A stretch of 32,641 nt of DNA from Octopus bimaculoides (Eukaryota), in the NCBI RefSeq assembly GCF_001194135.2, contig NC_068991.1, forward strand, positions 28,529,683 to 28,562,323, in the 5' to 3' direction. Positions 24,302-32,641 of this stretch are shown in pieces. Numbering within the stretch: position 1 is the stretch's first letter; every line of letters starts with the position of its first letter. Made by a program: the position numbers and the translations under genes. The notes beneath the pieces are model-generated. The model was not told where the DNA came from. It searched no databases and was given only the letters and a program-made list of their open reading frames with translations.

Positions 24302-24704
24302 CGATCAATATTAATAAAATTATACATGCACGTATACATTTATATATATATGTGTGTGTGTGTGTGAGTATATACATATGTGTGAGTATGTACAGGTGTG
24401 TGTGGGTATATATGTTCATATATATGTATGTGTGTGTCTGCGTGTACGTTTATATATGTGTATGTATTACATAAGTACGTATACATTTATATATCGAGAT
24501 ATTATAGATATTTAAACATGCATTTGTGTATTCTCTCGCAATGCATGCGTGAGGGATTTGTTTTCAAACGTATTCTGTTACTTGTTTAAGTCACTTGACT
24601 GCGGCCATGCCAGAGCACCGCCTATTTTACATACATACACACACACATATATATTGTTATTTACACCACCTGTCCTCGTCTGTTGTTATTTTTTGTATAT
24701 TCTC

Positions 24705-24753
<49 letters not shown>

Positions 24754-25170
24754 NNNNNNNNNNNNNNNNNNNNNNNNNNNNNNNNNNNNNNNNNNNNNNN
24801 NNNNNNNNNNNNNNNNNNNNNNNNNNNNNNNNNNNNNNNNNNNNNNNNNNNNNNNNNNNNNNNNNNNNNNNNNNNNNNNNNNNNNNNNNNNNNNNNNNNN
24901 NNNNNNNNNNNNNNNNNNNNNNNNNNNNNNNNNNNNNNNNNNNNNNNNNNNNNNNNNNNNNNNNNNNNNNNNNNNNNNNNNNNNNNNNNNNNNNNNNNNN
25001 NNNNNNNNNNNNNNNNNNNNNNNNNNNNNNNNNNNNNNNNNNNNNNNNNNNNNNNNNNNNNNNNNNNNNNNNNNNNNNNNNNNNNNNNNNNNNNNNNNNN
25101 NNNNNNNNNNNNNNNNNNNNNNNNNNNNNNNNNNNNNNNNNNNNNNNNNNNNNNNNNNNNNNNNNNNNNN

Positions 25171-25201
<31 letters not shown>

Positions 25202-25689
25202 GGAGAGTGAGAGTGTTTTCATAGTTGCTAGTTTCGGTGATGCGGCCATGCTGGGGCACCCCCTTCATAATATATAAACACATAAATCATAATTAACATA
25301 TAAATAAACCTTACATAATACACGCTTGACACTATGTGTAGCATTTGTTTTGTTTTACGATTAAGGCATAAAGAAAATTGTACAATGACACATGTAAACA
25401 TATATGCGCGTATGTACGTACATGTGTTTATAAATATATATATATATATACATTTTATATATGTATATATGTATATATATTACATACATACATACACAGT
25501 GATATACATATGCCTGTGTGTGTGTATTTATGTTTATAATAATGTAAATTGCTTTTACCTGGCTGATGAAGAAATCATTGTGTAGCACTCACTCATGTGC
25601 TGTGAAGCTGTATCTAAATATATTTGTGTGATCTCTGCGTAAGATCATATATATATATATATATATATTTATTTATATGTATATGACAG

Positions 25690-25980
25690 TATGTATGTCG
25701 TTCCTAAGGGAAGGCCAGGGTTATCGTGTGAGTGTCACTCAAACTGACATGACCGGACTGAACTCTCCAGTAGCAGAAGGAAGGAGAAGATGCTGATGTT
25801 ATGTTGAGTGTCACTCGCCCAAGTGCTGGAGAACTCTTCAGCCACGGAGATAAAGGGAGGGGGTGCTATGACGTGGGAGGGGGTACTCATCATTTATAGA
25901 ATCTTACCGTTCTATGAATGCGATTAACATAAATCGCTGGTTCGGTGCGAGATCTTCTGTTTGAAGTAATTTGCTATAGT
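25690..25980. promoter_or_regulatory. CpG-enriched promoter/enhancer-like island
   Basis: About 11 CpG in 300 bp, TGACGTGG (CRE/ATF-like), two GGGAGGGGG boxes, twin TGAGTGTCACTC palindromes, splice-donor-like motifs on both strands. Confidence 0.4.
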
Positions 25981-26118
25981 AATAATGGGGACAATAACAA
26001 CACACATACAAATATACATCTTTCTTTTTATCTCTGTACATATATATATTTGTGTGTGTGAAATATATATAAATATTTATTTGTGTGTGTGTGTGTGAAA
26101 TATATATAAATATTTATT

Positions 26119-26163
<45 letters not shown>

Positions 26164-26364
26164 GGTACTCAGAAACCTGGATGTTTGTACATTTACAGAT
26201 TTTTATTAATGTCACATATTAAATGAAGCGCTTTTCACCTAGTCGTGTAGGTTTTTCAAATTGTTTTTTTTTTTTTTTATTTCTGTACATCACCTCCAAA
26301 CCTTCAAATATATATATATATATACAAGCACACATGTATACATACGTGCATGCATATCTATCGA

Positions 26365-26377
26365 TAGATAGATAGAC

Positions 26378-26440
<63 letters not shown>

Positions 26441-26470
26441 CATATAGATAGATAGATAGATAGATAGATA
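26365..26470. repeat. (GATA)n microsatellite
   Basis: Direct. Confidence 0.95.
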
Positions 26471-27510
26471 TGTTTCTTTATTAGCCACACAGGGCTTATA
26501 GATAGACCACTTGGCGTGTTTTGTTGTTTGGTGTATTATTCCTCCGACAGTAACCTTTCTCATTCTGTTATTGCTCTTGGAAATGGAACGAACATCACAT
26601 CTGATCCTGTCCTTGACGAAAAAAAAATTTGATGTTGGATTTACAATGACGAGGTTATTGCTTGACCCAGGCTAACCCTGGTCGAGCAGATCTATGCTCA
26701 AAGGCGTCCCAACTATGACCATCCTGCCTTATTTTTTCAGCCAATCTGTCTCTAGTTTCCTTTTTATATTTATGACTGTAAGATGTGATCAAAAGGTTAT
26801 TTGGCTGTTGTTTCTAGTTATTTCTTCGACCACGTAGAGGTCACATTCTATTATAGGAACCAGTCGTAGTACATGACTGGTACTTAAAGTTATCGACCCT
26901 GGACTCAGGGCGTAATAACCTTGTTTAGTTACGGGTCAATCTTGATCAGACAAGACTATGATCTGTGACAATCCATCTATGATCACCTCCATCATTTTTT
27001 CAGGCACTGCATCTCTTGGGCTAATTATTCAATATGTCCCTTTTAAAAGACGATGGTGTTTGAATTCAAAGAGATTTCGCTACTATTTCTTGCAAGTGGA
27101 GCAACAACAGAGAGGCTCCTCCGTTGGTTTGACGAAGTTGTTATTGAATTCATAATCTAATGAAGGATCAAATAACCAATAATCAAAGACATCCCAGCCC
27201 TGGTCATCCAGTTTTTTTTTTCTGTTTTATTTTAAGAGTATATGAAGTTTGTGTATGTGTCCTTCCTACTTTAAATCATTACAATGTAATTTGAAATAGA
27301 TTGGTTACTATTTCTAGCAAGTTGAGTGTGCCCATTTAGTTCTTTAACCCTAAATGCATCCTAATCCAATGGACAATATGGTCAAAAGCATTCCATCTTT
27401 TATTTCAACACTGTAAATTTAGAACAATTATTATCCAATAAGCTTCTCTTTTTAAGATGTTTTTGAAGATAAATGGCTTCTGTTTCTAGCAAGCCCAAAT
27501 AACCACATAC

Positions 27511-27592
27511 CAAAGTTCTCTTGGTTTGTGTTGAAGAAATATCTCGAATTATAGACGTCATAAATGCTGGTTGGTTGATTTCTCCAGTCATG
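27511..27592 (-). CDS. Candidate coding exon (82 nt or longer 5'): HDWRNQPTSIYDVYNSRYFFNTNQENF
   Basis: Donor TTG|GTATGT at 27510; pyrimidine-rich tract with aag acceptor (alternative acceptors upstream in frame); non-repetitive, protein-like sequence; not recognised. Confidence 0.4.
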
Positions 27593-27739
27593 CTTAACAT
27601 CAAAGAGGAATACAGAGAGAGTAAACAGCAGTGGTGCAGGATAAGGGCACATACTAGGTTTGGTGGTGGGCAATGAATAAAGGAACTCTTTACAAACACA
27701 TGCAGTGTGAGAGAAAGACTCATAGAAAGCAAAGTGACA

Positions 27740-28219
27740 AGATCCCATCTCTCACACCTATCTTACAATATTATTTTAAAAATATACAGTAACGTCATTG
27801 AAATCACAATGCTACAAGATGACAAATGATTAGTTAAAATCAATGTGAATAAATAAGCATGACATTTGACTGAGTGAAAGCTCGTGGCTTAGTGGTTAGA
27901 GTATTCAGCTCAAGATCATAAGGTCATGAGTTCAATCCCTGGCAACGCATTGTGTCCTTGAGCAAAACATTGTATTTCAGGTTGCTTTTGTCCACTCAGC
28001 TGGCAAAAATGAGTAGTACCTGTATTTCAAAGGGCCAGCCTTGTCACCCTGAATCTCCCTGAGAATTATGTGAAGGGTACATGTGTCTGTGGAGTGCTCA
28101 GCCACATGCATGTTAATTTCATAAGCAGGCTGTTCTGTTGATCAGATCAACTGGAACCCTTGTCATCGTAACCAACAGAATGCCAGTACATTTGACTGAG
28201 TAATCTGAATGCTAAAGGG
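27740..28219. mobile_element. Left-truncated piggyBac-type MITE interrupted by a SINE
   Basis: Matches 11930-12077; right end GCTAAAGGG|TTAA at 28217-28223. Confidence 0.75.
27876..28187 (+). mobile_element. Full-length tRNA-derived SINE family C with 14-bp TSD
   Basis: A-box tggcttagtggtt, B-box gagttcaatcc, tgtgtccttgagcaa box; TSD acatttgactgagt at 27862-27875 and 28188-28201. Confidence 0.9.
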
Positions 28220-28355
28220 TTAATTTCATTTTAAGATAATAAATATTTTTCTTTTGAAAATTAGTATTCTTTTCATCATTTTGTACAAGCACCAAGATAT
28301 TTGATGAAAGTTAAAATCATGATTATTGTATGTCTGCCATATTTCCTGATATCAA

Positions 28356-28565
28356 CCCTTTGGCATTTACACTGCTCATATCAGGTCCAAATATTCTACC
28401 TGTTCAAACTGACTAGATCCAGCCTTTCACACCCACCTTGCAATGTTATTCTAAAACTAAACAATCACATCAGCGAAATCTTGAAGCTATGAGATAATGA
28501 ATGATTAATTCAAAACAATGTGAATCAATAAGCATATTTGACAGCGTAATCTGAATGCTTATGGG
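28356..28565. mobile_element. piggyBac-type MITE (210 bp)
   Basis: tcaa|CCCTTTGGCATT...AATGCTTATGGG|TTAA. Confidence 0.78.
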
Positions 28566-28929
28566 TTAACTGTGATGTACTCAACTCTCGCTATTTCAGA
28601 GAGAAGTCATTCTGCTCAATTTAAAAAGAGAGCAAAAGATGAAAAGAAAAAAGAAATAATGTGGTTGTGTGATAACAGTTGTGGCATGATAGTGAATGAA
28701 TTCTTATAATGAGCTGAATGATGTTTGGTGTCAAATATAAGATAACTACATGTGTAACAGCAATGATATTCACTATCTTAGATATGGGAACAATATTCTA
28801 ATGTGACCCCTAATTGAGTTTCATTGAAGGTTAGCTGTAGTAGCTGATGAGAGGTGAAATACTTTGTTAAATAAAAGAGAAAACAATGCCTTTTGGAAAC
28901 AGAATTAACACTATAATTTGAATTAGAAT

Positions 28930-29120
28930 TTAGTGGTGGGGTAACAAAATAATAGTATTGCTAAAAATGCTTTGTGATATTTGTTCCCATTCTCTATGTT
29001 CTGATTTCAAATCCCACACAAGTTAACATTGTTTTTCATCTTTTAAGAGTCAATAAGATAGATTAACAGTAACCTCATCCCCTTAAAATTGCTGGTTTTA
29101 TGCCTAAACTAGACACAGTT
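28930..29120 (+). mobile_element. Highly decayed SINE family A
   Basis: aaaatgctttgtgatatttg...ttctgatttcaaatccc...cccttaaaattgctgg. Confidence 0.5.
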
Positions 29121-29586
29121 ATATGAGCTGGAGTTAACATGCTTAACGTACTGGATCGAGAAATGTTAATTAAGTAAAGTTACAGTAGTAATGTGGTGGA
29201 AAACTCATTAACTGAATGGTAAATTGTGATCAAGAATGGAGATATTATTGAAATTTAAATTTATAAAAAACAATTAATTATAAATGCAGTGCCAAATTAT
29301 GTGTGAGTCTGCTATTTTGCAGCTTGGATCTTGTTTTAGTTTTATTAGAACTCCTTAGAGAATTGTGCTCTATATGTGAAGTCACCAAAAATTATACAGA
29401 TAGAATGTAGTGATATATGTAGCATGTATAGAGGCTGTTCCAGCTAAATTTGAAGACATTTTATGTCTCCTTTTTCAGAAACAGCTTTATGCATTGGTGG
29501 GCAGTCAACAGTATTGGAGAACATTAAAAATTTAAGTTATAGTTGAAAAAAAGTTATACATATATATATATATAGATATATATATA

Positions 29587-29650
<64 letters not shown>

Positions 29651-29674
29651 ATTAAATAAATGGAATTATACGCT

Positions 29675-29722
29675 TGTGTTAAATGATTTCTTTTATTTCC
29701 GACATGTTTCGAAGATTACACT
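29675..29722 (-). ncRNA. 3' half of hammerhead from the same family as 21833-21930
   Basis: TGTAATCTTC GAAA CATG TC GGAAATAaaagaaatcatttaaca; 5' core absent. Confidence 0.55.
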
Positions 29723-30559
29723 GAATGTGGAAGACTATTTTCATTGATATGTTTTTTTCTAAACAATTCATCATATGTGCCACACATACATATATACATA
29801 CATGTACACACTTGTGCACATACACACACATACACACACACATACACACACGCACGCATGCACACGCACACACACACACACACTCACTCACTCAACCATA
29901 CCACTACTAACATACAATTATGATTTCTATAGTTTGGTATTTTTTTTTAATAGTGACAGGTCCCCTGGTAAATACCTTGGCTAACACCCTTTCTGATTAA
30001 TGCTGACATTATGGTGTTACATTATAACTAGTAAGCTTAGAGGCTCATTGGTGAATAAACAAGGCTAAAGTTTATATTGCTAAAAAATTTTAAATGCAGT
30101 CTAACAAATTAAATATGAACATGAGAATCAAAGATAACATCAAAAGATTGCAGAGGCACAATAGTATAATTAAGGAGAAAAATATGATTCTTGAAAAATA
30201 CCGAAATACTTGATTCTTAAAAGAAATGTAAGTAATATCCCATGGTATTTGAAGAATTTAAATGGAAATTCATAGCTAAAGCAGCATCAAAATCAAAATA
30301 AGAATCCAGCAGAAAGTAGACTTGAATAGGTATATGATCTTGATTATTGAGACCACTTTAAAACATTGAAACTCTGTTTTCTGTAATGTTGCTATGAATG
30401 TTATATCATTTGTACAATGAGGAAGGTATACCACCAGCATTGTTCAACAATCTAAGCGTCACATTTACATTTCATCTCAGGCTGGGACCCTGTGCCATAT
30501 GTCCCATACACAATTCAAGCTAACAACACCTTACCACATTCCTCAACAGGAAAAGCCTG

Positions 30560-30840
30560 ATACTTATTCTATCAGTCTCTTCTGCTGAACCAATAACTTA
30601 TGAGGACGTAAACACACCAGCACCAGTTGTCAAGCAGTGGGTGGGGGACAGACAGACACACACACATACACACACATGTGACTGGCTTCTTTCAGTTTCC
30701 ATCTATCAAATCCACTCACAAGGCTTTGGTCTGCTTGAAGCTAAAGTTAAAGACACCTGCCCAAGGTGCCACGCAGTAGGTGTGAACCCCAAACTATGTG
30801 GTTGGGAAGCAAGCTTCTTATCATATAGCCACACCTGTAC
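30560..30840 (-). mobile_element. SINE with family B head and a different 3' tail
   Basis: Head matches 1560-1715; tail ggttcagcagaagagactgatagaataagt unrelated to the RTE tail. Confidence 0.78.
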
Positions 30841-31084
30841 CTATCGGGACAAATTTCTTCAAAAGATGCCTGAGTCGACGACACCGTCCTGCTTGAAAGT
30901 AATATGCTATTACAAGACATGACCTAAAGATGACATAACAGATTCCTTCAGGTAGAGCTATTAAACTAGACAAAGGCTGGGCCAATTTTGGTTGAAACAC
31001 ATCTATGTTTATCAAAGTTTAAATATCTCAACTCACATTTTTATACATAAATATAATTTACAAATAGATAACCCTACAATAGTG

Positions 31085-31259
31085 GTTTCAAATTTTGGCA
31101 CAAGGCCAGCAGTGTTCGACTGGTCCTTATTTTATTAACCCCAAAAGGCTGAAAGGCAAAGTCTACCTCGGCAGAATTTGAACTCAGAACATAAAGATAA
31201 ATGAAATACTGTTAAGCATTTCACCCTGCATGCTAACAATTCCACCAGTGCACCACCTT
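31085..31259 (-). mobile_element. SINE family A (CpG-decayed)
   Basis: Colinear with 1065-1247. Confidence 0.8.
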
Positions 31260-31879
31260 GTAATATTGAAATAATGCAACAATACAACATATAATTATCA
31301 ATGTAATATTGAAATAATATAAAAAACATGTAAATATAATATGAAAGCCATACAAAATTGTTATTGCATGGCTTTCATATTTATGTTATAACAATTTAAT
31401 AACGAAAATATAGAAGCTTTAACATAAATAATCAAATGCTTTAATGAATTTTTCAAGTTAAATTCTATAGCCTTCATTGAACACCCTTACATTTAGTGGT
31501 AATAATGGTAGTAGTGGTGGTGATGGTAGTAGTAGTAGTAGTAGTAGTAGCAGCAGCAGCAACTACAGCTGTAGCAGTAAAACCCCTGATCTGGTTAGCT
31601 AGCTGGTTCAAAAGATGTAATCAATAGTCTCTGTGTCTCTCCCCTGAGTATTCCATGACATAATTACTTAACTAAGACATTTTCTATCTGAGACGTTTTA
31701 ATAAATAATTAATAATAAGACAAGAATGTAATTAATATTGTCATTATTGGGTTATTACTACTCCCACGTCACCCCAATGCAAGAAAAAAATCTTCACAAT
31801 TATGCATGTGTGTGTGCGTGTTTGTCTGTGCGAATGTGTGTGTGCATTTGTATGTATGAGTGTGCATGTATATTCATAT

Positions 31880-31990
<111 letters not shown>

Positions 31991-31994
31991 GATG

Positions 31995-32166
31995 CAAGCA
32001 TGACTGTGGTAAGGAGATTCCTTCCTGACTACATGGTTTCAAGTTCAGTCCCACTATCTGACACTCTTCTAGTATTGCCACCGGTTGACCAAAGCCTTGT
32101 CAGTGGATTTAACAGATGGAAACTGAAAGAAACCATCATGTGTGTGTGTGTGTCTGTGTGTGTGTA
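31995..32166 (+). mobile_element. SINE family B head plus (TG)n
   Basis: tgtggtaaggag...gttcagtccc...gaccaaagccttg...gaaactgaaagaa. Confidence 0.78.
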
Positions 32167-32366
32167 TCAATTTAAATAAGAGCCATAACGCAATCCATAA
32201 TAAAACTTGTTTAATAATCTATGCACATTTCAATGCAAGATCCCGACTCACACTTGTCTGAGATAAGAATATGGAGTCTTGCATTTCTTCAGAGTCAAGT
32301 TAATGTGCATAAGTTATTAAACAAGTTTTATTATGGATTGTGTTATGGCTCTTATTTAAATTGATA
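32165..32366. repeat. 202-bp foldback element with about 65-bp inverted arms
   Basis: tatcaatttaaataagagccataac...gcacatt vs aatgtgc...gttatggctcttatttaaattgata, about 3 mismatches; inner aatgcaaga/tcttgcatt. Confidence 0.9.
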
Positions 32367-32499
32367 TGCACCCAAAATTGTCTCATAAACAACTTTCAAG
32401 TGAGAATTTTGCTACGTTGATAACAGGTACAATATTTTTACCAAATATTTGGTAGAGATCTAAATATACAAATATATATATATATATATATATGCCATG

Positions 32500-32641
32500 A
32501 TAGATCGCTGACCAAACCATTCAATTTTCTTTTTTTTTTCCTCTGTGTTTTTCTCCTTGTTTTCTCCGTATTCTTTCTGTTGAAGAGCGTAGCTGGAAAC
32601 GTTAAAGACTTTCTGTATTCCCGAGCATTAAACTAATACAT
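32500..32641 (+). mobile_element. Penelope-like pseudo-LTR with hammerhead motif (32572-32608), cut by window end
   Basis: tcttt CTGTTGA a gagc gta gctg GAAACGTT aaaga; homologous to 14410-14537. Confidence 0.7.

Noticed and set aside
13640-25283. Long ORFs such as 14420-15754, 24549-25283 and YI/HT/CV-rich ORFs
   Set aside because: They run through N gaps or dinucleotide microsatellites; no coding signal
25563-25600. CTGATGA hammerhead-like core
   Set aside because: No helix II or correctly placed GAAA
23043-25612. Small exon-like segments at about 23045-23106 and 25559-25612 (minus)
   Set aside because: Weak donor or acceptor and unrecognisable peptides; indistinguishable from chance splice-like motifs
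27344-27360. TTAA-CCCT as left end of the 27740-28219 MITE
   Set aside because: No similarity to the MITE left arm beyond 8 nt
27876-27950. tRNA gene
   Set aside because: A/B boxes belong to a SINE head with body and TSD; no complete cloverleaf. The same applies to the other SINE heads
28844-28862. CTGATGA-gaggt-GAAA
   Set aside because: Five nucleotides cannot form helix II and no helix I/III partners exist
30841-30923. Minus-strand exon candidate with local CpGs
   Set aside because: Its donor GTACAG is the first bases of the SINE head at 30840; two open frames, neither recognisable

Overview
AT-rich, microsatellite-dense eukaryotic DNA with six N gaps. The repeat families resemble those of octopus/coleoid cephalopods (inference from memory of repeat consensus, not database-checked). 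No complete gene is present and almost all listed ORFs are microsatellite or gap artefacts. The window is mostly mobile DNA: a CR1-group LINE RT fragment (16.7-17.7 kb) cut by a 5'-truncated RTE LINE with a PHD-like finger inside its RT (17.7-19.3 kb), about ten 5'-truncated RTE 3' ends, a BovB-like zinc-finger tail, an old CR1/Jockey-group tail, three tRNA-derived SINE families, TTAA/piggyBac-type and TA/Tc1-mariner-type MITEs, and Penelope-like pseudo-LTRs. The most notable signal is hammerhead ribozyme (HHR) motifs from about four unrelated repeat families, including one with a fully canonical core at 21833-21930. Also seen: two phase-compatible candidate minus-strand exons (27511-27592 and 428-494) and a CpG-rich promoter/enhancer-like island near 25.7-26.0 kb.
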